Source: Malacoraja senta (Eukaryota). From it: a stretch of 64,000 bases of DNA. The notes under the pieces are model-generated. The model was not told where the DNA came from and did not search any database. It was given only the letters and a program-made list of their open reading frames with translations. Shown piece by piece: positions 12,396 to 23,700 of this stretch; the stretch's first letter is position 1, and every line of letters starts with the position of its first letter. The DNA lies in contig JAXLNO010001376.1 in NCBI GenBank assembly GCA_038087875.1, positions 1-64,000 on the forward strand. The letters run 5' to 3'. A program made the position numbers and the translations under genes.

Positions 12396-15014
12396 CTAAA
12401 CACACAAGAGCTGGATAGTCAGTGTTCCTCCTTGTAGACATTGAAATCAATGCAAAGCAGTATCTTTGTCATCTTAAAAAATATATTATTTTACAATTGT
12501 TGATCCTTTGGCGAGGGAGACAAGGCAAGGGAATACATTATAGCTGAAAGGATACTGAACTGTGGTGGGGAACAGAAAGATCTTGGAGAGCTTGTTGTGT
12601 AGGAAGGAAATGCAGATGCTGGTTTACACTGAAGATAGACACAAAATGCTGGAGTTACTCAGCAGACCAGGCAGCATCTAATGCTCCAGAGATCCTGTCC
12701 ATCCCGCTGAGTTACTCCAGCATTTTGTGTCTATCTTGTTGTGGGATCTTTGAAGGTAGTGGGACAGTCATCTTGGAACTGTGGAAAATGTTAGCTCAGC
12801 CGTACCTGTAACATTGTGTGGATTCTGGTTGCCTCCCTTCAGGATTGATGGAAGTTCACTAGAGAGGCACAAGAAAGGTTTACGACATTGGCAGGACTGG
12901 AGAAGAAAGGTTGCAAGGAGAGAGTCGTCAGGAATTGCAGCAGGTAGATTGTTTGAGTGGTTATAATATTATAGAAAAAAAGACAAAATGCTGGAGTAAC
13001 TCAGCGGGACAGGCAGCATCTCTGGAGAGAAAGAATGGATCATGTTTAGGATTGAGACCCTTCTTCAGACGTCTCGACCCAAAATGTCATCCATCCCCCC
13101 CCTCCCCCAGAGATGCTGCCTGTCTCGCTGATGTCTATCTGCGGTGTAAACCAGCATCTGCAGTTCCTTCCTACACATAAGGTTATGATATTCTGACTAG
13201 TCCATTTAGAGTAAACAAGGTAACCATCTTTCCTGCACAAAGTTGGAAATGTCATTCAATTAGCACAAGGGTTTGATGCAATTAGTACAGTGGGCCAAGG
13301 GTTCACTGCCTGAATGGTTGTTGGAAGCAGAACTCACATTTACTGGGCACCTGGACCAGCAGTAGAAGAGGCTGTGAGTGAGATTCACCTGGCCTCCCAG
13401 CATATAAAACAGAAGGTGGGAACTAGAGGTCAATTGACAGGTACATGGATAGGACAGGTTTGGAGGGATATGGACCAAACGCAGGCAGGTGGGACTAGTG
13501 TAGCTGGGACATGTTGGTGGGTGTGGGCGAGTTGGGCCGAAGCGTCTGTTTCCACACTGTATCACTCTATGATTATAATTCATCCAGCACTCATAGTTCA
13601 CAAGAGGAAATAACTAATCATTTGGTAAGCTGCATCTAATCAAACGTAGCCGACATGGTTTAATGAAAATCATGTGTGACAAAACTTGACAGGATGTGAT
13701 AGGGAGTTGATAAGGGAAACCTGTAAATGTAGGAGGAAAGAACTGCAAATGCTGGTTTAAACCAAAGATAGACACAATAAGCTGGAGTAACTTAGCGGCT
13801 CAGATAGCATCTCTGGAAAAAGGACTTTTCTATTTGTTTTCTCCAGAGATGCTGTCTGACCCGCTGAGTTACTCCAGCTTTTTGTGTTGATCTCCTGTAA
13901 ATGTAATGTGTATTTAGATCTCCAAAAGGCATTTGCCACATATGAGGGCACATGTGCTAACATGGACTGAAAGGTGGCAGTCATATAGAAAAACAAGTTA
14001 GAATAAATGCGCGAAAGCTGCAGATGGAATAAATCTGAAAAACAAAATGCTGGGAGACTCGGGTCAGGCTGCATCTGTAGCCAGAGAAACAGAATTCATG
14101 TTTCAAGTCAAAGACCCTTCGTCAGAACTGGGGAGGTGACAAAAGAAACTTGTAAAGCTGCACAGGTGGGTGGATGGCTCTGATAGTGTCAAACCAGGTG
14201 ACCATGGGGATAAGCTGCACACAAAGTTATCTGGTCAAGGAGTGAATAGGAGCGGTAAGGTGATGAGACAAATAGACAAAGATCGTAGCAGTTGCAAAAT
14301 GCAGAGCAAGAAGACATGTCTAGGAAGGAATGGCAGATGCTGTTTAAACCGAAGATAGACAACGGGACAGGCTGCATCTCTGGAGAGAAGGAATGGGTGA
14401 CGTTTCTGGTGGAGACGCTTTTCAGACAAGACATGTCTGGCAGGTCAGCATGGACATGCCCTCCACATTTGGATAGAGATTTAAAAAAACAAACCAACGC
14501 AATTATCACAAATGGACAACTGATACTAACAGAGGAATCAAGTTACCCAAGATTATCAAATTCCGTTCAAGCCCAGAGGACTGCGATGAGCCCAAATGGA
14601 AGGTGAGATGCCATTCCTCAAGATTGCTTTGAGCCTCATTGCAACAGTGCAGGAAGTCACAGACTGTTCAGTCACTCCCACATCCAAGAGTCAGAATGAG
14701 ATAACAGGAAGCTCAGGAGTGCCCCTTGGATTGAACCCAGTGCCTGTTTGGTATCTCCAATGTTGAGGACACCACGTCGTGAACACAGGGAAAGGAGCAG
14801 AGGGGGGAAAGGAGAGACAGTGAGAGAAAGGGAAGAACACAGTAGAGAGGGAGGGAGAGAGTGAGAGTTGGGTGTTAAAGAAGGGGAGGAAAGAGGGCAA
14901 GATACTTTCCACACTTTCCTCTTCACCTCAATCTCTTTGATCATCTCCAAGGCAGAAGAAGTGCTAAATTTTGGCCTTTTACAGTTAAATAAAAAACTAT
15001 TTGGGAAAACTTAC

Positions 15015-15171
15015 ATCAGTCATACTTTTAAGTCTGCTTTCCAAAGCTTGCATGCTGGAGTCCATGTCCTTCTGTGCCGCACGTACAGCCTGCAGCTCCA
15101 GCCGTGTCTGGCTAAGCTGCTCCTCCAGCAGCACCAGTGCAGTCAGTAGCTGCTTCTGCTCATCTGTCAAC
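15015..15171 (-). CDS. SUN-like gene coiled-coil exon (157 bp, phase 2-0)
   Basis: ttattatag|(R)LTDEQKQLLTALVLLEEQLSQTRLELQAVRAAQKDMDSSMQALESRLKSMTD|gtaagt; heptad pattern and phase fit the next exon. Confidence 0.85.
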
Positions 15172-15619
15172 CTATAATAATAATAATCAATATAATTTTA
15201 TTAGCCAAGTATGCATACATACAAGAACTTGCCTTGATGCTTTGCTTGCAAGGATAGAAACAAGATATACAGTGGACATTTAAAAATAAAACATTATAAT
15301 TTAAACATGTGGAAATAAAGTACCAGATTAAAAGAGGCTACAGACTTTTGGCTGTTGAGTCGAGCTACTGCTTGTGGAAAAATACTGTTTTTATGTCTGG
15401 CTGTGGCCCAGACAAAATCTGTCCTATACAGGACAAAGCAAGTCATCAGGGTGCAGGAGCAGAGGCAGCATGGTGGTGCAGAGTAGAGCAACGGCCTTAC
15501 AGCGCCAGAGACCCGGGTTCAATCCTGACTACCGGTGTAAGGGTGATCGTTGGTCTGCACGGACTCGGTGGGCCGAAGGGCGTGTTTCCATGCTGTACCT
15601 CTAAACTAAAAACAACGTT

Positions 15620-15880
15620 GACCGGTTTCACGCAGCAACCGACGAAGCCCCCCACCCCAGGTCTACTGCTACTCCACTCATGGCTGTAAACACACAGCAT
15701 CAGCGTTATACTGCACACAGCTCAGCCACAGGCAAACCTGCTGCTGTGCCACACCCCAGGGGCATATTGATGCATCTGCAGATATTGTGGCCGACAACAT
15801 CAACACCAAAACATTTGTGGCGTGATGACACTGATATGACGCCGGCAGTCACCGAAAAAATTGCCTAGTGGGACAGGCCC
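15620..15880. mobile_element. One-ended fragment of the TTAA-flanked TIR family seen at 3389-4031
   Basis: Ends in agtgggacaggccc|ttaa, the reverse complement of the gggcctgtcccact terminus; left boundary approximate. Confidence 0.55.
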
Positions 15881-15904
15881 TTAAATGAGTTATTTATCTC
15901 TATC

Positions 15905-15982
15905 GTTGTGAGCAGCTGATGCAGTCTGGAAACTGCTGCAGCGCAGCTCTGCAGTTTCCAGACTGCATCAGCTGCTCACAAC
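15905..15982. repeat. Perfect inverted repeat, 32-bp arms with 14-nt spacer
   Basis: gttgtgagcagctgatgcagtctggaaactgc (15905-15936) is the exact reverse complement of 15951-15982. Confidence 0.97.
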
Positions 15983-16028
15983 TGATTTCCACAGCAGATT
16001 CAATTTCCTTCACCTTCTGCAGCAACAT
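15951..16028 (-). CDS. Probable damaged upstream exon of the SUN-like gene
   Basis: Removing the CR1 at 16031-16983 restores acceptor tttcatttctattcctag|MLLQKVKEIESAVEISCEQLMQSGNC. No GT donor follows; the 3' end runs into an inverted duplication. Confidence 0.5.
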
Positions 16029-16030
16029 CT

Positions 16031-16983
16031 GTGGATAAATGTGAGGTTATCCACTTTGGTGGCAAAAAGAGGAAAGCAGACTATTATCTAAATGGTGGCC
16101 GATTGGGAAAAGGAGAGATGCAGCGAGACCTGGGTGTCATGGTACACCAGTCATTGAAAGTAGGCATGCAGGTGCAGCAGGCAGTGAAGAAAGCGAATGG
16201 TATGTTAGCTTTCATAGTAAAAGGATTTGAGTATAGGAGCAGGGAGGTTCTACTGCAGTTGTACAGGGTCTTGGTGAGACCACACCTGGAGTATTGCGTA
16301 CAGTTTTGGTCTCCAAATCTGAGGAAGGACATTATAGCCATAGAGGGAGTGCAGAGAAGGTTCACCAGAATGATTCCTGGGATGTCAGGACTTTCATATG
16401 AAGAAAGACTGGATAGACTCGGCTTGTACTCGCTAGAATTTAGGAGATTGAGAGGGGATCTTATAGAAACGTACAAAATTCTTATGGGGTTGGACAGGCT
16501 AGATGCAGGAAGATTGTTCCCGATGTTGGGGAAGTCCAGGACAATGTTTGGATGTTTATGTAAACTGTGTTAAGTGTGGGTCTTGTTATTTTTTGTAATG
16601 TAAAACAAAACTGTAGGAATGACATTTCGTTCAAGCCTAGGCTTGAATGACAATAAACAGCATTCAATTCAATTCAATTCAAGGGGTCACAGCTTAAGGA
16701 TAAGGGGGAAATCCTTTAAGACCGAGATGAGAAAAAACTTTTTCACACAGAGAGTGGTGAATCTCTGGAACTCTCTGCCACAGAGGGTAGTTGAGGCCAG
16801 TTCATTGGCTGTATTTAAGAGGGAGTTAGATGTGGCCCTTGTGGCTAAAGGGATCAGGTGGTATGGAGAGAAGGCAGGTACGGGATACTGAGTTGGATGA
16901 TCAGCCATGATCATATTGAATGGCGGTGCAGGCTCGAAGGGCCGAATGGCCTACTCCTGTACCTATTTTCTATGTTTCTATGT
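16031..16983 (+). mobile_element. Young 5'-truncated CR1 with 4-bp TSD (atct) and a nested 135-bp insertion
   Basis: ORF DKCEVIHFGG...RSRT/RGHSL; (ctatgttt) tail; atct at 16027-16030 and 16984-16987; insert at 16545-16679. Confidence 0.93.
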
Positions 16984-17574
16984 ATCTAGGAATAGAAATG
17001 AAACACACAAGTTTATTTTTAAGTTCGGAGGCTTTTTAATTCTACTCGCAGCTACTTATTTCACAACATAAACGTCAAATTTACAAATATGTAATGCAGA
17101 AAAGTCACTTTTCCATATTTCATATTTCCTTATGACATAGGCCATTTCAGCCCATCAAATCAATGCCAGTTCTCAGAGAATCCCAGTCCTTCACAAATAC
17201 TCCTTGAAACTAGTTCCTCACAAATTCCCATCAATTGCCCGCAGAATCCACCATTCAATTGAAAGCAAACTTCACTGAACTGTAGCAGCTTAACACCCAG
17301 AGGATGGGAAATGCAGGGAATTCTCTGCCCAAGCGGCTACGGAGACCAGACTTGAGACCAGTTCAACACCGAGATGACTGGCCTTAATATTACGGAATTG
17401 AGAGTATGGCCTTAAATGGTGCCGAGATAAATGGTCTGATTGAAAGGCAGAGCAGCTGAGGGGCAGCATGGTGGAACCAGAGGCCCAGGTTCGATCCCGA
17501 CTACAGGTGCTATCTGTACGGAGTTTGTACATTCTCCCCGTGACCTGCGTGGACATTCTCCAGGTGCTCCGGCT

Positions 17575-17936
17575 TTGGTATGAAAACGCTAAAGCCGCCT
17601 TTGGTTTGAAAACGCTAAAGTTGCCTTTGGTTTGAAAACGTTAAGCCGCCTTTGGTTTGAAAATGCTAAAGCCGCTTTTAGTTTGAAAACAGCTAAAGCT
17701 GCCTTTGGTTTGAAAACGCTAAAGCTGTCTCGTTTGAAAACGCTAATGCTGCCTATGGTTTGAAAACGCTAAAGTTGCCTAAGGTTTGAAAACGCTATGT
17801 AGACAAAAGTGCTGGAGAAACTCAGCGGGTGCAGCAGCATCTATGGAGTGAAGGAAATGGGCAATGTTCCAAAACGCTATCGTTGCCTAAGATTTGAAAA
17901 TGCTAAAGTTGCCTTTGGTTTCGAAACGCTAAAGCC
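17575..17936. repeat. ~26-bp minisatellite (ttggtttgaaaacgctaaagccgcct), resuming at 19385-19418
   Basis: About a dozen degenerate tandem units; interrupted by a short Penelope-derived fragment at about 17800-17870. Confidence 0.9.
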
Positions 17937-19383
17937 TTTTCTATTACTGGGCGACTAATATCAAAAACTTAATCTACTGGATGGATGACACATGCCAACA
18001 GGTAAACTGGTTAAAAATGGAGAGGGAAGATTGTTTGCCTTTTAATATAGGCGCAATTCTTCTTTCTCCAACACATCTGAATAAATCAATGTTTGAGCAA
18101 AATCCGATAATACACAGTACCCTACGCATTTGGAAACAGTTGAAATCAAACCTCAAACTGAGAAATTTCTCTCTCCTTTTACCAATCGCTAATAAACCCT
18201 TGTTTAAACCGTCTACTTTAGATAAGGCGTTTGCACAATGGAAAAACTCAGGAATTAAAACGGTGGGAGATCTTTACGAGAAGGGGGTTTTCCTCTCGTT
18301 TCAAGAATTACAGGAGAAATATCACGAAAGCAAGTAATTCTTTCAGATATCTTCAAATCCGAGACTATGTGAAAACATATACACAAGACTGTCACTCTTT
18401 GGGTCCAGATATACTAGATGACTGCATGAAAAGACATGTTGATACAAGCAAGTTAATATCCTACATTTACAATACTCTTTTAACTGCATACATCCCATCT
18501 TCTTAGAGGCATAGGCGAACATGGGAAGACAAATTGGGTTTATTAATTTCAAAAGATAGCTGGGAGGAAAGCCTTCTATACATACACTACTGCTCTCTCA
18601 ATGTTCGGCACTCCCTGATACAATTTAAAATACTGCATAGACTCTACTATTCAAAGACCAAATTAAACAAGATCTTCCCAAATGTCTCTCCTATTTGTGA
18701 TAAATGTCTCCTCCAAAACGCGACTATAACCCATTCATTTGCCTCCTGTATAAAGTTACAAAACTTCTGGAGGGGAATATTTGATATCTTCTCCAAAATA
18801 CTTAACATTAAATTGGAACCAGATATAAAACGGATCACTTTAGGTATGTCAGATACCTGCTCTAAATTAACGATATTCCAAAGACGTTTCCTCAACTATG
18901 GCCTAATAACGGCGAAAAAATTAATACTCAAATTCTGGAAACAGATAACAGTCCCTACAGTGAAGATGTGGAATACTGATAAGTCCGATACACTACATTT
19001 GGAAAATATTAGGCTTTCTTGGCAGGAAAAGCAGATCAATTTCTTAAGACATGGTTCCCTTTTACTGAATTTCTGCAACAACAGAATGGTTAAACACAAA
19101 TTTAAACCTGATGTCAGGGATAGGTGAGGGGGGAAGGTATATTTCCATCTTTTTTTTTCTTATTTCTTTTCTTTTCTCTTGCACTTCTTTGGTACCTTAG
19201 GGTCTATTTTCTAGCTTGTTCTTATTTTACTTCTCTTTCGTCATTCTTTCCTTTTTCTCTCTTTTTTTCCGATTTAGGTTCTAACGTTAAAAATGAAGCT
19301 GTACAATAATTGTATAAGTGTTATGTCGATCGCCTTATCCTTGTACAATCGCTTCTAATAAAAGAAATTCAAAAATAAAAAAA
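17937..19383 (+). mobile_element. 5'-truncated L1-clade LINE (ORF2 C-terminus, 3' UTR, poly-A)
   Basis: YYWATNIKNLIYWMDD, SGIKTVGDLY, QFKILHRLY, CDKC zinc-knuckle region; AATAAA and A-rich tail. Confidence 0.9.
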
Positions 19384-19418
19384 CCCGCTAAAGCTGCCTT
19401 TGGTTTCAAAACGCTAAA

Positions 19419-20715
19419 GACAATAGACAAGAGACAATAGGTGCAGGAGTAGGCCATTTGGCCCTTCGAGCCAGCACCGCCATTCAATGTGATCATGGCT
19501 GATCATCCCCAATCAGTACACCGTTCCTGCCTTCTCCCCATATCCCCTGACTCCGCTACCTTTAAACCCTATCTAGCTCTCTCTTGAAAGTATCCAGAGA
19601 ACCTGCCTCCACCGCCCTCTGAGTCAGAGAATTCCACAGGCTCACCACTCTGTGAGAAATAGTGTTTCCTCGTCTCCGTTCAAATGGCTAACTCCTTATT
19701 CTTAAACTGTGGCTTCTGGACTCCCCCAACATTGGGAACATGTTTCCTGCCTCTAGCATGTCCAAGCCCTTAACAAGCCCTTATATGTTTCAATGAGATT
19801 CCCTCTCATCCTTCTAAACTCCAGAGTGTACAAGCCCAGCTGCTCCATTCTCTCAGCATATGACAGTCCGGCCATCCCGGGAATTAACTTTGTAAACCAA
19901 CGCTGCACTCCCTCAATAGCAAGAATGTCCTTCCTCAAATTAGGGGACCAAAACTGCACACAATACTCCAGGTGTGGTCTCACTAGGGCTCTGTACAACT
20001 GCAGAATGCTGAGCGCTCAGCATCGCCAAGGAGCGCTCAGCATTGCCAAGGACTGTTCTCACCCCAACCACAGACTGTTTACCCTCCTACCATCCGGGAG
20101 GCGCTACAGGTCTCTCCGTTGCCGGACCAGCAGGTCCAGGAACAGCTTCTTCCCTGCGGCGGTTACATTACTCAACACTGTACCTCGGTGACTGCCAATC
20201 ACCCCCCCCCCCAGACACTCCTCCCACCAGGATTTATTAGATTTATTTATTTACTGCTCATAATTATGTCGCTCTTCTAGGGAGATGCTAACTGCATTTC
20301 GTTGTCTCTGTACTGTACACTGCACAATGACAATTAAGTTGAATCTGAATCTGAATCTGGATCTGAGAAGGACCTCTTTGCTCCTATATTCGATTCCTCT
20401 TGTTATAAAGGCCAACATGCCATTCGCTTTCTTCACTACCTGCTGTACCTGCATGCATACTTTCATAGACTGATGTACAAGGACCCCCAGATCCGGTTGT
20501 ACTTCCTTTTCCCAACTTGACGCCATTTAGATAGTAATCTGCTTTCCTGTTTTTGCTACCAAAGTGGGTAACCTCACATTTATCCGCATTAAACTTAATC
20601 TGCCATGCATCTGCCCACTCCCTCAACCTGTCTAAGTCACCCTGCATTCTCATAAAATCCTCCTCACAGTTCACACTGCCACCCATCTTTGTGTCATCTG
20701 CAAATTTGCTAATGT
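19419..20715 (-). mobile_element. CR1 3' fragment interrupted by a Rex1-like insertion
   Basis: YRALVRPHLEYCVQFWSP and DKCEVTHFG motifs; sequence is continuous across 20006/20366. Confidence 0.9.
20007..20365 (+). mobile_element. Rex1/Babar-like LINE 3' fragment with TSD agaa
   Basis: IAKDCSHPNHRLFTLLPSGRRYRSLRCRTSRSRNSFFPAAVTLLN; (tgaatc)n tail. Confidence 0.8.
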
Positions 20716-23700
20716 TAGAAACATAGAAACATCAAAAATAGGTACAGGAGGAGGCCATTCGGTCCTTCGAGCCAGCACCGCCATTCATTGTGATCATGTC
20801 CCCTATCAATAACCCGTGCCTGGCTTCTCCCCATATCCCTTGACTCCACTAGCCCCTAGAGCTCTATCTAACTCTCTCTTAAATCAATCTAGTGACTTGG
20901 CCTCCACTGCCCTCTGTGGCAGGGAATTCCATAAATTCACAACTCTCTGGGTGAAAACGTTTTTCTCACCTCAGTCATAAATGACCTCCCCTTTATTCTA
21001 AGACTGTGGCCCCTGTTTCTGGACTCGCCCAACATTGGGAATATTTTTCCTGCATCTTGCTTGTCCAGTCCTTTTATAATTTTATATGTTTCTATAAGAT
21101 TCCCCCTCATCCTTCTAAACTCTAGTGAATACAAGCCTAGTCTTTTCAATCTTTCCTCATATGACAACCCGCCATCCCTGGGATCAATCTCTTGAACCTA
21201 CGCTGCACTGCCTCAATCACAAGGATGTCCTTCCTCAAATTAGGAGAACAAAACTGTACACAATACTCCAGATGTGGTCTTACCAGAGCCCTATACAACT
21301 GCAGAAGAACCTCTCTACTCCTATACTGCAATCCTCTTGTTATGAAGGCCAACATTACATTAGTTTTCTTCACTGCCTGTTGTACCTGTAAGCCAACTTT
21401 CAGTGACCGGTGTACAAGGACGCCCAGGTCTCGCTGCAGCTCCCCCTTACCTAACCTAACCCCATTGAGATAATAATCTGCCCCCTTGTTTTTGCTGTCC
21501 AAGTGGATAACCGCACATTTATCTATATTATACTGCATCTGCCACGCATCTGCCCACTCACTCAACCTGTCCAGGTCACCCTGCAACCTCCTAACATCCT
21601 CTTCACAGTTCACACTGCCACCCAGCTATGTGTCATCCGCAAACTTGCTAGTGTTGCTCCTAATTCCCTCTTCCAAATCATTAATATATATGGTAAACAA
21701 TTGCGGCCCCAACACCGAGCCTTGCGGCCAGTGGCGGACTGGCCAGGATGTCAGCTTGCCCGATGGCAAGTGGGCCCCCCCATATCAAATAAAAATGCAA
21801 TGTAGAACCAAACACAGATAACTGTTTTAGTAATGAAAAGGAATAAGATGTATCTGGCAGCTAGAATTACACTGAAAGTTTAATTTTAAAAAATATCCAC
21901 GGTATCAACAGGGACGAACTACTTTTGAGTTAAAATTAGTCACAAAAATTTACATTCATTCAATCTCACAGGACTTATCTTATAATAATTACTTACAATA
22001 TTCTCAGATTTTACCGCTCCAGTGTGATTTTTAATTCTTTGAAAAGGTTCTCCCAATACTTAAAAGACACCAAATAATAATATACTCCCAAAAAATTTTG
22101 GTTGGCAAGTGAGAAAATTTTGTATCAAAGATTTGTCCGTATTTTTGTCACACACACTTGAAAAGCCTCAGCCTGACCCCCCCGCTCTTATTGAAGAGAT
22201 TGTTTTTATTTTGAGTTTTTGTATATGTATAAAAGATCATTGTTGCATATAACTTCTTGTTGCATCATTCACCAGGCGGCCAGACGTGGCGTGGCTCCTT
22301 TACCATTCTTTTTATATAGTTTTTCAAGTTTCGTTAAAAAAAAATATCGATAAACAATATCCAAATTCAGCTACATGAGAGTTCAAATTTAGATATTAGA
22401 AAAACATAATTGTTACACCAGGGTAGGCTCCAGTTATCCATAGTAAGTATCTGGTTATCAGTGACTGCATTGAAAATATTATATGAAAAGTTAATGAAGC
22501 CTGTTCTTCAGCATATGTGCTTAAACATAAGTTATTGTTAAAGCTATGTGAGAGGTATTATCAATATTCAGGATTTTTTCATATACATATTCTTGTGAAT
22601 CATTGTTCTCAGTGATGAACTTTAAGTATCGTAATAGCAGTAGCCTTACGGATGGAACTAGTAGTGCTTGCATATCTCTCAAGGTTAACAAATATAAACC
22701 GGATATAAAATATGTGTCATCAGCGATGCAGCAGCAGAAGTCTCATTGATGCTAAATGTATAAAACGTCCACAATTATTATTGGGTATGTGCTTAAAGGT
22801 ATTATCTTTGAGCGACTACTTCCAGTTGTGCCAAGTAATGATGGTACAGGACAGGGACTTTTTGATCTATTGATTGAAACATTAGAGCATCTTAAAATTG
22901 ACCCCCAAAAATGTTTATCTGATAGCACAGATGGCGCTGCAAGCTACTATGGCCAGTGTAATGGTTTACAAAGTAAAATTGCTGATGTGGCTGATCAACA
23001 TGTTCATATACAATACAATACAATACGGTTTTATTCGTCACATTGCACATAAAGTGCAAGTGAAATGGTGCTATGCCCATGTCTTGAATTTGGTGATAAC
23101 TGAAACAACAAAATGTTGTGAGCCTGCAGTTTCTTTTTTCAATTTGCTCCAGAATAGAGCAACTTTTGTGAAAGCATCATACAAGAGAATGGCTGTATGG
23201 ATAGAAGTTGTTGGAAAACATCTAGGACAAGAAAAAATGAAACGATTAAAGCTAATTGGTGAGACCAGATGGTCAGGAAAATCCAATGCAGCAACAACTA
23301 TATTTGGACGTTTTGATGATGCCGCTGCCAGTACTTTCGTAAATCTATTGACATGATTATCAATGATACAAGATTCAGAAAAGTTTGATGCAAAAACAAA
23401 ACATGAAGCAAATGTTTTACTTCAAAGTCTTCTAAAGTTTGAAACCATATTGACAGCATTTATTTACTTGTATATATTTGAAACTACAACCCGTTATCAA
23501 GTTATCTACGGACAAGTGGTTTAGATGTGTTTACTGCATGGAGTTTGGTAGATTCAGCTACAACAAAGTTGAAGGAACAGACAAGAACATTTAATAACTT
23601 TCACAGCAAGGCTTTGGAATTTGTAAATAAATGTAATGACAGGATTTCACAGATGAATATGGATGAAAATCAAACATTGGAAATTGATGCGTTGGAAACA

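Larger units (their letters stand above)
1..16028 (-). pseudogene. SUN1/SUN2-like inner nuclear membrane (LINC complex) gene, 3' two-thirds; probably a pseudogene or damaged paralogue
   Basis: Phase-consistent GT-AG exons splice into coiled coil plus SUN domain: ...ALKLYSADRVGLVDYALESAGGSVIHTRCTETLETKTALLTLFGFPLLYQSHSPRAVIMPEVHPGNCWPFKGSQGF...NWGHPEYTCLY. In-frame TAG at 12312-12314. The 5' exons, including the TM exon, were not found. SUN identity is near certain; pseudogene status is less so. Confidence 0.7.

Noticed and set aside
16084-16476. 130-aa antisense ORF repeated at 58423-58815 and partly at 19793 and 21192
   Set aside because: Shadow frame of the CR1 RT strand; its conservation is explained by the youth of the copies
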